Counted from the first letter of the stretch, positions 10,266 to 19,900 are shown. The stretch: DNA of 64,000 nucleotides from Burkholderiales bacterium (GCA_016191525.1 JACPOK010000038.1:100973-164972); one strand, 5' to 3'. Made by a program: numbers and translations. Notes: generated by a model from the letters alone, not told the origin.

Positions 10266-10862
10266 ATGAGTCTCCCGCCTGCCGAAGCTCCCGGCGCCGC
10301 GCCCGGCCCGCGCCCCCAGCCCAACTCCCTCACGGACCTGTTTGTCTCCTTCACCCTGCTGGCCCTGCAGGGTTTCGGCGGCGTACTGGCCGTGGTCCAG
10401 CGCGAACTGGTGGAGAAAAAGGGCTGGATGACGCGCGAGGAATTCGTGGAGGAATGGGCGGTGGCGCAGATCATGCCGGGGCCCAACGTGGTGAACCTGG
10501 CGCTGATGATCGGCGGGCGCTACTTCGGGCTGCGCGGTGCGATGGTGGCGCTGGCGGGCATGCTGACGGCGCCTTTGCTGGTGGTGCTGGCGCTGGCACT
10601 GATCTATGCCCGGTTCGCCGAAAACGCGCAGGTGGCCGGTGCGCTGCGCGGCATGGGCGCCGTGGCCGCGGGCCTGATCACCGCGACGGGCCTCAAGCTG
10701 CTGCCCGCGCTGCGCAAGAGTCCGATGGGCCTGCCGGCCTGCATCGCCCTGTGCGTGCTGACCTTCGTGGCCGTCGCCCTGCTGCGGCTGCCGCTGGTGT
10801 ATGTGCTGCTGGGCCTCGGCGGCGTGGCCTGCGCCCTCACCTGGCGGAAGCTGCGCGCATGA
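10266..10862 (+). CDS. Short-chain chromate transporter (ChrA/SCHR), subunit 1
   Basis: LQGFGG, EEWAVAQIMPGPNVVN, GAMVALAG motifs. Confidence 0.88.
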   Translation: MSLPPAEAPGAAPGPRPQPNSLTDLFVSFTLLALQGFGGVLAVVQRELVEKKGWMTREEFVEEWAVAQIMPGPNVVNLALMIGGRYFGLRGAMVALAGMLTAPLLVVLALALIYARFAENAQVAGALRGMGAVAAGLITATGLKLLPALRKSPMGLPACIALCVLTFVAVALLRLPLVYVLLGLGGVACALTWRKLRA

Positions 10863-11437
10863 ACCCCGTGCTGCACCTGACGGCGGCCGACTGGCTCACG
10901 CTGTTCGGGCATTTCCTTTCGCTGTCGCTGCTCTCGGTGGGCGGCGCGATCACCACTGCGCCGGACATGCACCGCTTCCTGGTGGACCGGCAGCATTGGC
11001 TGAGCGACCCGCAATTCAGCGCTTCCATCGCCATCGCCCAAGCCGCGCCCGGACCCAATGTGCTGTTCGTGGCGTTGATGGGCTGGAACGTGGGGCTGAA
11101 CGCCGGTGGCCTCCCGCTGGCCCTGTTCGGCATCCTGGTCAGCATGGTGGGCATCCTGATCCCCAGCACCACGCTGACCTACCTGGCCGCCCGCTGGGGC
11201 CACGAGAACCGCGACCTGCGCGCCGTGCGTGCGTTCAAGCAGGGCATGGCGCCCATCGTTATCGCCCTGCTGATCGCCACCGGGTGGATCCTGTCCACAG
11301 GCAGCAGCTATGCCCTGCATGACTGGCCGCGCTGGGCCCTGACCGTCGCGGCGGCCCTGGTCGTCTGGCGAACGCGGTTACATCTTTTGTGGCTTCTGGG
11401 CGCCGGCGCAACGCTGGGCGCGCTGGGCTGGATCTAA
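10859..11437 (+). CDS. Short-chain chromate transporter (ChrA/SCHR), subunit 2
   Basis: LSVGGA, FSASIAIAQAAPGPN. ATGA overlap with subunit 1. Confidence 0.88.
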   Translation: MNPVLHLTAADWLTLFGHFLSLSLLSVGGAITTAPDMHRFLVDRQHWLSDPQFSASIAIAQAAPGPNVLFVALMGWNVGLNAGGLPLALFGILVSMVGILIPSTTLTYLAARWGHENRDLRAVRAFKQGMAPIVIALLIATGWILSTGSSYALHDWPRWALTVAAALVVWRTRLHLLWLLGAGATLGALGWI

Positions 11438-11452
11438 ATTGAAACAGCGCTG

Positions 11453-11478
11453 TCGCAGATAGCTACAGATTGATACAC
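11453..11478 (+). repeat. Partial (3' half) copy C of the ~56-bp repeat, intergenic
   Basis: GCAGATAGCTACAGATTGATACA shares AGCTACAGATT with copy D; the 5' half is not recognisable. Confidence 0.45.
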
Positions 11479-11506
11479 TTGACTCGACAGCACTGCCGGA
11501 GCACAC

Positions 11507-13651
11507 GTGAGCGAGCAAGAAGACCAGGGCCTGAAAGAGGCAGCCGTCCCCCTCTTTGACATCGTCGTCAGGATGCCGCCCGGCGCGCGGCTCGAAGACG
11601 TGGCGCGGCTCGCGCAGGCCGCGGGCGTGCCCGCCGAGCGGGTCGAGAAACTGGTCACGGTTCTGCGCAGCGTTCCGCAGGCCAAGATCGGCGCGAGCGT
11701 ACCGCGTGACCGCGCGGACCGCGCCAGGGAACAATTCGGCAAGGCCGGGCTGATCGTCGAAATCACCCCCGTCCTCACCGTCCAGCACATGGTGACGGGC
11801 GCCTTCGACGGCATGCACGAATGCCCCGGCTGCAAGACCCGCGTGGTGCTCCCCGAGAACAGGCAATGCCCGAACTGCGGCGTGTTTGTCGACAAGGTGA
11901 CCGACGACGTCCTGCTGCGCCGCAAGATCATGGAGCAGGAAAAAAGCCAGATGGACTTCCGGTCGGCGCGCGACGCCAAGGACACCGAGAAGCGCATCCG
12001 GGAAAGCCTGGAAGCGTCGATACGGGCCAAGGTCCGCGCCGAGCTCGAAGAAAAGTACGGCGGCAAGAAAGGCGGCTTCCTGGGCCGCTTTGCCGGCGCC
12101 GCGCGCATCGCCGGGGCCGGCTTGCTGGTGGCGGTGGCTTTTCTTGGGGGCAAGGGAACAACGGCCTCGGGCTTTTCATGGTCGGAGGCCACCAACTGGG
12201 GGCCCTTCAAATCAGCGAACGGTTCCAAGACCGCCGACACGGGCAAGATACTTGATGCCGCAGGTGCGGCCGGTGCCGCCGGCGCAGGTGCCAAGGGTGC
12301 CGCGGGCGGGGGGACGGCCACGGCCGAGGCAGGCAGCACGGGCGATGTGGATATCGACGATCCGCTGATCCAGGCCGCGGGCGGCAAGAGGATTGGCGCC
12401 AAGGGCCTGACCATCGAACAGGCCGTGGGCGCCGCGCAGGCGCTGGGCAAGGCGGTTGGCAACAACACGATCGACCGCGCCATGAACGGCGGCGGGCCTG
12501 CCGGTCCGGCGGGCGCTGGCGGGGCGGGCGCTGGCGGGGCGGGCGCGGGCGGGTCAGCGGGCGGGTCAGCGGGCGGTGGCGCCGTCGCGGGCGGGCCGGC
12601 CGACGGCACCGCCGGCGGGGCGGCGGGCGCGGAAGCACCGCCGCAGCTCAAGGCCCTGCTTTCACTCGAATTCGCCAAGCAACTGGCCGAAATGGGCCAG
12701 GTGCCGCGGGCCATGGAAATCATGCGCGCGCTGAAGGGCTCGCCCAAAGTCACGGGTGACGCGGCAGTGGCTTCGGCCGCGCGGATCGCTGACCTGGAGA
12801 TCAAGGCCTGGGCCACCCAGGCGCAGGGCGAGGCACGCGCCAAGCAGGTGGCCGAGGGCCTGATGGCCGAGGCCGGCGCCCTGAGCGACGCGGCGGAGCG
12901 CACCCAGGCGCTGGTACGCGTCGGCGTGATCCTCAGCCGCAGTGGCCGGCTGCCTTTCGAGACGGTGCGCTCGTTCTTCACGGCCGCCAGTGAATCGCTC
13001 AAGGCGGTGTCCGACCAGCGCGTTGCCGCCGCCACGCTCAGCGACTGGGCCGTCGGCCTGGGCGAGGCCCTGATGGCCGAGGCAACCAACCGCGCCCGCA
13101 CGGGCGCGTGGGCCAAGGCCCAGGCAGCGGGCGGGCAGGTCGAGGGCCTCGCCAAGCAGCTTTCGGACGCCTCCTCGCAGGCCCGGCTCGCGGCCATCGA
13201 TTACCAGGTCAAGCAGCAGCTGGGCCAGCAGGACAAGTCGACGCAAAGCATGGAGACGGCGCTCAAGCAGGTGGCCAAGGCCGGCGGCCTGGCCGAGCGC
13301 GCCGCCCTGTTGCGCGCCGTCGGCCAGCTCTCGGGGGGCGCCGCCACCGAGAAGATGCAGGCGGCAGCCACCGAGCTCGGAGCCCAGCTGGCCTCGAAAA
13401 CAGGCACCGAAAAAGCTCGCGGCCTGGCCCAGCTGTCGCTGCTGTATGCCGACGCGGGCCTGCGCGGCAAGTCCTCGGAGTTCAGCAAGATGGCCCAGTC
13501 GTCGTCGGGCCTGAGCCCGGCCGATTCGGCTTCCGTGAATGCGGACCTGATCGTGCGCAGCGACCTGGCTTCCGCCCGCAACCTGCAAAGCGTGGGCCTG
13601 TACGCCGAGTGCGAGGCGGTGCTGCAGCGGCTGGCGGGCTACCTGCTGTAG
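11507..13651 (+). CDS. Hypothetical membrane-anchored protein: double CxxC zinc ribbon, coiled coil, TM, Gly-rich linker, Ala-rich helical C-terminus
   Basis: GTG start with GGAG SD; CPGC...CPNCG; hydrophobic segment AGAGLLVAVAFLGG; codon usage consistent with coding. Confidence 0.8.
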   Translation: MSEQEDQGLKEAAVPLFDIVVRMPPGARLEDVARLAQAAGVPAERVEKLVTVLRSVPQAKIGASVPRDRADRAREQFGKAGLIVEITPVLTVQHMVTGAFDGMHECPGCKTRVVLPENRQCPNCGVFVDKVTDDVLLRRKIMEQEKSQMDFRSARDAKDTEKRIRESLEASIRAKVRAELEEKYGGKKGGFLGRFAGAARIAGAGLLVAVAFLGGKGTTASGFSWSEATNWGPFKSANGSKTADTGKILDAAGAAGAAGAGAKGAAGGGTATAEAGSTGDVDIDDPLIQAAGGKRIGAKGLTIEQAVGAAQALGKAVGNNTIDRAMNGGGPAGPAGAGGAGAGGAGAGGSAGGSAGGGAVAGGPADGTAGGAAGAEAPPQLKALLSLEFAKQLAEMGQVPRAMEIMRALKGSPKVTGDAAVASAARIADLEIKAWATQAQGEARAKQVAEGLMAEAGALSDAAERTQALVRVGVILSRSGRLPFETVRSFFTAASESLKAVSDQRVAAATLSDWAVGLGEALMAEATNRARTGAWAKAQAAGGQVEGLAKQLSDASSQARLAAIDYQVKQQLGQQDKSTQSMETALKQVAKAGGLAERAALLRAVGQLSGGAATEKMQAAATELGAQLASKTGTEKARGLAQLSLLYADAGLRGKSSEFSKMAQSSSGLSPADSASVNADLIVRSDLASARNLQSVGLYAECEAVLQRLAGYLL
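12509..12577 (+). repeat. In-frame tandem repeats (3 x 15 bp, 2 x 12 bp) encoding a GAGGA/GGSA linker
   Basis: GCGGGCGCTGGCGGG x2 plus a variant; TCAGCGGGCGG(G/T) x2. Confidence 0.75.
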
Positions 13652-13690
13652 CGCCTGCTCGGGACCACCGCTCGTGCCCATAATCGGCGC

Positions 13691-14158
13691 ATGAGCGATT
13701 TGCCCGTTCCCCAACTCAAATTCTTCGCCGACCTTTCGGTGCGGGTGGACAAGCCCCAGGAAGTGGGGCGTACCGCGCGCGGCCTGCGGCGGCTGATTCC
13801 CATCCTGGGCGGCGAGGCGCGCGGCGACGGCTGGACGGCCCGCGTGCTGCCCGGCGGCGCAGACTTCCAGCTGGTGGTGACCGACACGCTGGCCGAGCTG
13901 GATGCGCGCTACATGCTCGAAACCGACGGCGGCGACCGCATCTACGTCACCAACCGGGCAGTGCGTTCCGGGCCGCCCGAGCTCATGGCGAAACTGGTGC
14001 GCGGCGAGCCGGTCGATGCGTCGCAGATCTACTTCCGCTGCAGCCCCAGCTTCGAAACCGCCTCGGCTTCGCTGCAATGGATCACCGAGCGGATGTTCGT
14101 GGGCAGCGGCGCGCGCCACCCCGACAAGGTGGTGATGCGTTTCTGGGAACTGGCCTGA
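13691..14158 (+). CDS. DUF3237 (UPF0311)-like protein
   Basis: RRLIPILGG, VLPGGADFQ, LDARYMLETDGG, IYFRCSPSFET pattern. Confidence 0.78.
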   Translation: MSDLPVPQLKFFADLSVRVDKPQEVGRTARGLRRLIPILGGEARGDGWTARVLPGGADFQLVVTDTLAELDARYMLETDGGDRIYVTNRAVRSGPPELMAKLVRGEPVDASQIYFRCSPSFETASASLQWITERMFVGSGARHPDKVVMRFWELA

Positions 14159-14175
14159 GGCAGGGGGGACCAACG

Positions 14176-15129
14176 ATGCAATACCGCACCCTGGGCCGCT
14201 CGGCCCTGCAAGTTTCGCCGCTTTGCTTCGGCGGCAACGTGTTCGGCTGGACGGTGGACGAGCGCACCTCGTTCTCGCTGCTGGACGCCTGGCTGGACGC
14301 AGGCTTCAATTTCATCGACACGGCTGACGTCTATTCGCGCTGGGCGCCCGGCCATAGCGGCGGCGAATCGGAAACCATCATCGGCAAGTGGCTGGCGCAG
14401 GGTGGCCGGCGCGGCAAGGTGGTGCTGGCCACCAAGGTGGGCATGGACATGGGCGATGGCCGGGTGGGCCTGAAGCCGGCGCGCATCCGCGAAGCGGTGG
14501 AAGCGTCGCTGCGGCGGCTGCAAACCGATCACATCGACCTGTACCAGGCGCACAAGGACGATGCCGGCACGCCGCTGGCCGACACGCTGGAAGCTTTCGG
14601 GGCGCTCATCAAGGCGGGCAAGGTACGCGTGATCGGCGCCTCCAACTACAGCGCGCCGCGGCTGGCCGAGGCGCTGGAGACCAGCCGGCGGCTGGGCCTG
14701 CCGCGCTACGAAAGCCTGCAGCCGCTGTACAACCTGTCGGACCGCGCGGTGTTCGAAAACGAATTGCAGGCGCTGTGCATGAAGGAAGGGCTGGGCGTGA
14801 TCAGCTTTTATGCGCTGGCGGCGGGCTTCCTGACAGGCAAGTACCGCAAGGATTCCGACACGGCCACGAGCGCGCGCGCATCCACCATCGCGCGCTACCT
14901 CAACGGGCGCGGGCTGGCGATCCTGGCTGCGCTGGATGAGGTGGCTGGCGCCATCGGCAGCACTCCTGCCCGCGTGGCCATCGCATGGCTGGTCGCCCGC
15001 CCCGGCGTCACGGCGCCGATCGCCAGCGCCACTTCACTGGCGCAGCTGGCCGACCTGGTGGCAGCCAGCGAGCTGAAACTGGATGCGTCGGCCACGGCGG
15101 CGCTGGACACCGCCAGCACCGGCGGCTAG
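14176..15129 (+). CDS. Aldo/keto reductase
   Basis: IDTADVY, LATKVG, IDLYQAH, IGASNYS, QPLYNL. Start reassigned to 14176. Confidence 0.92.
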   Translation: MQYRTLGRSALQVSPLCFGGNVFGWTVDERTSFSLLDAWLDAGFNFIDTADVYSRWAPGHSGGESETIIGKWLAQGGRRGKVVLATKVGMDMGDGRVGLKPARIREAVEASLRRLQTDHIDLYQAHKDDAGTPLADTLEAFGALIKAGKVRVIGASNYSAPRLAEALETSRRLGLPRYESLQPLYNLSDRAVFENELQALCMKEGLGVISFYALAAGFLTGKYRKDSDTATSARASTIARYLNGRGLAILAALDEVAGAIGSTPARVAIAWLVARPGVTAPIASATSLAQLADLVAASELKLDASATAALDTASTGG

Positions 15130-15182
15130 CCAAGCAGTTCGGGAAGCCCAGCCCTTGACGTCCTCCGGCGGCGGGCCAATCT

Positions 15183-15923
15183 TCATGACCCTGTGCGCTG
15201 CCTCAATGCTTCGTACAGGCACACACCGCTGGCAACCGAGACGTTCAGGCTTTCCACCGCGCCGCGCATGGGGATGCCCACCAGCTCATCGCAGGTCTTG
15301 CGCGTGAGCTGGCGCATGCCCTCCCCTTCGGCGCCCAGCACCAGCGCAACCGGCACCTTCAGGTCCATCTGGTAGATCGTTTTGGGGGCGTCGTCGCTGG
15401 TGCCTATGCACCAGATGCTGCGCTCCTTGAGCTCGCCCAGCGTGCGCGCCAGGTTGGTGACCATGAAATAGGGCATGGTCTCGGACGCGCCGCTTGCCAC
15501 CTTGGCGACAGTGGCGTTGATGCCCACCGCGTGATCCTTGGGGGCGATCACCGCATGGGCGCCGGCCCCGTCCGCCACCCGCAGGCATGCACCGAGGTTG
15601 TGCGGGTCGGTCACGCCATCGAGCACCAGCAGCAGGGGCGGCTCCTTGATCGAATCCAGCAGGTCGTCCAGTGAATTCACCTGCGGCAGCGCCTCCACCC
15701 GGGCGGCTACTCCCTGGTGGCCGTGGCTGCCGGCCAGCTTGGCCAGCCGCATGCCGTCGGCGTCGATCAGACGGGCCCCGGCTTCCCGGGCGCGCTCGGT
15801 GAACTGGCGCATCCGTGCATCTTTTCGGGCAGGGTCGACGTATATCTCGATGATTGAGCGGGGCGCGGTTTTGAGGCGCACGCCCACGGCGTGAAATCCG
15901 AACAGTACTTTGGGGGCAGACAT
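15183..15923 (-). CDS. rlmB: 23S rRNA (guanosine-2251-2'-O)-methyltransferase
   Basis: GFHAV, HQGVAA, LDGVTDPHNLGACLR, GAEGEGM, ESLNVSVA (SPOUT family). Confidence 0.95.
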   Translation of the reverse strand: MSAPKVLFGFHAVGVRLKTAPRSIIEIYVDPARKDARMRQFTERAREAGARLIDADGMRLAKLAGSHGHQGVAARVEALPQVNSLDDLLDSIKEPPLLLVLDGVTDPHNLGACLRVADGAGAHAVIAPKDHAVGINATVAKVASGASETMPYFMVTNLARTLGELKERSIWCIGTSDDAPKTIYQMDLKVPVALVLGAEGEGMRQLTRKTCDELVGIPMRGAVESLNVSVASGVCLYEALRQRTGS

Positions 15924-15991
15924 CACAGGATTATCCCGTGGGCGGGCGCCTAGCCCCTGTATAAAATGAATCACAAAGAAGGAGAGCGAGC

Positions 15992-16864
15992 ATGGGACTG
16001 AGGCTGAAGTTCAACCTGGTGTTGATCGTGGTGTTTCTCGCCGGTTTCGGCGCGGCGGGATTCGTCTCGCGCCAGCTGCTGCAGGAGAACGCCCGCGACG
16101 AGGTGATCCGCAACGCGCGGCTGATGATGGAGGCCGCCACCTCGGTGCGCACCTACACCGTCGACCAGATCCGGCCTCACCTGATCAAGCAGCTGGAGGA
16201 AGTGTTCCTGCCCCAGACGGTGCCGGCCTACGCGGCCACCGAAGCCATCAACGAGCTGCGCAAGAAGTACCCCGACTACAGCTACAAGGAAGCCACGCTC
16301 AACCCCACCAACCCGCGCGACCGCACGGCTGACTGGGAGGCCGACCTGGTCAACAAGTTCCGGGCCAGCGCCGACATCAAGGAAATCGTCTCGGAGCGCC
16401 AGTCGTCCACCGGCCGCACGCTGTTCATCGCCAAGCCGATCCAGATCACCAACGCCGCCTGCCTGCAGTGCCACACCACCGCCGCCATGGCCCCGCCCAC
16501 CATGGTCAAGATCTACGGCGAGGCCAACGGCTTCGGCTGGAAGCACAACGAAATCGTCGGCACCCAGCTGGTCACGGTGCCCATGGACCTGCCGCTGCGC
16601 AATGCCGACCGCGCGTTCAACACCTTCATGGCGTCGCTCGCGGCGGTGTTCGTCGTCGTCTTCATTGTGCTCAACATGATGCTCAGCTGGATGATCATCC
16701 GGCCGATCCGCCGCATGTCGCAGTCGGCCGACAAGATCAGCACGGGCGAATTCAACGAGCCTGAGTTCAACGAAAAGGGCCGGGACGAAATGGCCGTGCT
16801 GGGCAGCTCGTTCAACCGCATGCGCCGCAGCCTCGAAAAAGCCATGCAGATGATCGGCGAGTAA
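15992..16864 (+). CDS. Membrane sensor: TM - periplasmic DUF3365/Tll0287-like heme-c domain - TM - HAMP, no output domain
   Basis: YSYKEATLNPTNPRD, CLQCH heme-c motif, IIRPIRRMS...DEMAVLGSSFNRM HAMP, then stop. Confidence 0.82.
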   Translation: MGLRLKFNLVLIVVFLAGFGAAGFVSRQLLQENARDEVIRNARLMMEAATSVRTYTVDQIRPHLIKQLEEVFLPQTVPAYAATEAINELRKKYPDYSYKEATLNPTNPRDRTADWEADLVNKFRASADIKEIVSERQSSTGRTLFIAKPIQITNAACLQCHTTAAMAPPTMVKIYGEANGFGWKHNEIVGTQLVTVPMDLPLRNADRAFNTFMASLAAVFVVVFIVLNMMLSWMIIRPIRRMSQSADKISTGEFNEPEFNEKGRDEMAVLGSSFNRMRRSLEKAMQMIGE

Positions 16865-16889
16865 GGCACGGGCCGGGAGCGCACCACGG

Positions 16890-19220
16890 ATGGCTGAACG
16901 CCCCACTCCCCCGCCCGCGGCGCCGGCGGACGCCGCCGCGCTTCCCGCGGGCTACCGCATCCACGAGTACCAGATCGAGCGTTCGCTGGGCGGCGGCGGC
17001 TTCGGCATTACCTACCTGGGCACCGACAGCAACCTGCAGCTGCCGGTCGCCATCAAGGAATACTTTCCCAGCGACCTGGTCACGCGCGGCCCCGACCAGA
17101 GCGTGAGCGTGCGCGGCGGCGCCAGTGACGAGGCAAAGGCAACCTACGAATGGGGGCTGGAGCGCTTCCTGGACGAGGCCCGCGCGCTGGCCACCTTCCG
17201 CCACCCCAACATCGTGCGGGTGCTGCGCTACTTCCGCCAGAACGGCACCGCCTACATCGTGATGGAGTACGAGTCGGGCCTGTCGCTCAAGCGCTGGCTG
17301 CCGCAGAACACTCCCCTGTCGCAACGCGCCCTGCTGTCCATCGTCTACCCGCTGCTGGACGGGCTGGAAGCCGTGCACAAGACGGGGTTCCTGCACCGCG
17401 ACATCAAGCCCGACAACATCTATGTGCGCGCCGACGGCACGCCGGTGCTGCTGGACTTCGGCGCGGCCCGCCGCGTCACGGCCAACAAGGACATGACCAA
17501 CATCGTGAGCCCGGGTTTCGCGCCGTTCGAGCAGTACCACTCGCAAGGCAACCAGGGCCCCTGGACCGACATCTATTCGCTGGGCGCGGTGATGTACTGG
17601 ATGACCACCGGCAAGAAGCCCATGGAGTCCGCCTCCCGCGTCAAGACCGACGGCATGCTGCCGGCCTCCGGACTGGCGGAAGCCAGCGTGTTCGGCGCCA
17701 CCCTGCTGCAGGCCATCGACTGGGCGCTGCTGCCGGACGAAGGCAAGCGGCCCCAGACCGTGGGGCAGTTCCGCGCCGCGATCCAGGGCTCGGAAAAGAC
17801 CGGGGCGGCATCCGCGCTGGACTTTGACCTGGAGGGCGACGGCCCCGCGCTTTCCGCCGCGGGCGATGCGCCTTCCGTGCCCGGCCGCGTCACGGGCCCC
17901 TCCGGCGCCCTGCGCAAGAACCTGCTGTGCACCATCATGTTCCTGGACCTGGTGGGTTATTCCATCCGCTCGGTGGACGACCAGGTGGCGCTGAAGAAAC
18001 TTTTCAACGAACTGATCGGCAAGGCGCTCAAGGGCGTGCCCGAGGACACCCGCATCTCCATCGACACGGGCGACGGCGCCGCCATCTGTTTCATGGGCGA
18101 CCCCGAGGAGGCGCTGCAGTCGGCATTGCTGCTGCGCGACCTGCTGGGCCAGCGCTACGGCCACGCCCTGTCGGTGCGCATCGGGCTGCACATGGGGCCG
18201 GTGCGCGTCATCGCCGACATCAACGACCGCGTCAACGTGGTGGGAGACGGCATCAACGTGGCGCAGCGGGTCATGGATTTCGCGCAGGCCAACCAGGTGC
18301 TGGTTTCGCGTTCGTACTACGACGTGATTTCGCGCATCACCGACGACACGGCCGACATGTTCCAGAACCTGGGCCAGTACGAGGACAAGCACGGGCGTAT
18401 GCACGAGGTCTATGCCGTAGGCACCCCGAACGCCAACACCACCCGGCGGGAAGGCCCGTCCACCGGCTACACCCAGACCCAGCCGATGCGCACCATCAAG
18501 CCGCTGGACGCCGACGAGGTGATGGAAGTCGAGGCCGAGCTGGCCCGCCTGATCGGCCCTCTGGCCCGCGTGCTGGTGCGCAAGGCCCGGCCGCTGGCCG
18601 CCAGCCTGCAGGAGTTGCGCGACGCGCTGGCACCCACCATCCAGGAGCCGCGCGCGCGCGAAGCCTTCATCGCGGGCATCCACAGCTCGAGCCGGCCCAC
18701 CCACAGCCATCCGGTCAGCCGGCCCGCCGGCAACAGCAGCAAATCGCCGACGTCCAGCCGCACCAGCCAGTGGGGTGGCCTGGGGCCCAGTTCCCAAAGC
18801 ATGCCGCTGACCTCGCGGCCCCAGCCCAGTCAGCCCAGCCAGCCGCGCAGCCAGCCCATGAGTCAACCCATGAGCCAGCCTGCCAGCCAGCTGCAGCGCG
18901 GCCAGCTGACCCAGCGCCCGCAGGCCGTGCAGCGCAGCCAACCCATGAGCCAGCCCATGAGCCAGCCCATGAGCCGGTTGAACCGTGGCGCGGACTCCAC
19001 CCGCCAGGTGGACATTCCACCCGAGGAAATGGTGATCGTGGAGCACACGCTCAGCAAGTTCATCGGGCCGATGGCCAAAATGCTGATCCGCAAGGAAATC
19101 GGCCGTTGCATCGACTTCAAGGAATTTGCCGCGGCCATCGCCGCCAATATCGACCACCCCGGCCAGCGCGAGGCGTTCGTGCAGGCGCTCAAGCGGGGCC
19201 TGCCCAAGCGGCAGTTCTGA
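16890..19220 (+). CDS. Hanks-type Ser/Thr kinase fused to a class III nucleotide cyclase and two C-terminal repeat domains
   Basis: Kinase: GGGGFG, VAIKE, HRDIKPDN, DFG, DIYSLG. Cyclase: FLDLVGYS, TGDG, RIGLHMGP, GDGINVAQR. Confidence 0.88.
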   Translation: MAERPTPPPAAPADAAALPAGYRIHEYQIERSLGGGGFGITYLGTDSNLQLPVAIKEYFPSDLVTRGPDQSVSVRGGASDEAKATYEWGLERFLDEARALATFRHPNIVRVLRYFRQNGTAYIVMEYESGLSLKRWLPQNTPLSQRALLSIVYPLLDGLEAVHKTGFLHRDIKPDNIYVRADGTPVLLDFGAARRVTANKDMTNIVSPGFAPFEQYHSQGNQGPWTDIYSLGAVMYWMTTGKKPMESASRVKTDGMLPASGLAEASVFGATLLQAIDWALLPDEGKRPQTVGQFRAAIQGSEKTGAASALDFDLEGDGPALSAAGDAPSVPGRVTGPSGALRKNLLCTIMFLDLVGYSIRSVDDQVALKKLFNELIGKALKGVPEDTRISIDTGDGAAICFMGDPEEALQSALLLRDLLGQRYGHALSVRIGLHMGPVRVIADINDRVNVVGDGINVAQRVMDFAQANQVLVSRSYYDVISRITDDTADMFQNLGQYEDKHGRMHEVYAVGTPNANTTRREGPSTGYTQTQPMRTIKPLDADEVMEVEAELARLIGPLARVLVRKARPLAASLQELRDALAPTIQEPRAREAFIAGIHSSSRPTHSHPVSRPAGNSSKSPTSSRTSQWGGLGPSSQSMPLTSRPQPSQPSQPRSQPMSQPMSQPASQLQRGQLTQRPQAVQRSQPMSQPMSQPMSRLNRGADSTRQVDIPPEEMVIVEHTLSKFIGPMAKMLIRKEIGRCIDFKEFAAAIAANIDHPGQREAFVQALKRGLPKRQF
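18849..18975 (+). repeat. 12-bp in-frame repeats encoding SQPM
   Basis: AGCCA(G/A)CCCATG-like units in two clusters. Confidence 0.8.
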
Positions 19221-19228
19221 AGCCGCTT

Positions 19229-19898
<670 letters not shown>

Positions 19899-19900
<2 letters not shown>

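Noticed and set aside
16890-19220. Pycsar-like anti-phage system, suggested by the non-canonical cyclase
   Set aside because: There is no adjacent TIR or 2TM/4TM effector with a cNMP-binding domain, codon usage is host-like, and the context is housekeeping rather than a defence island.
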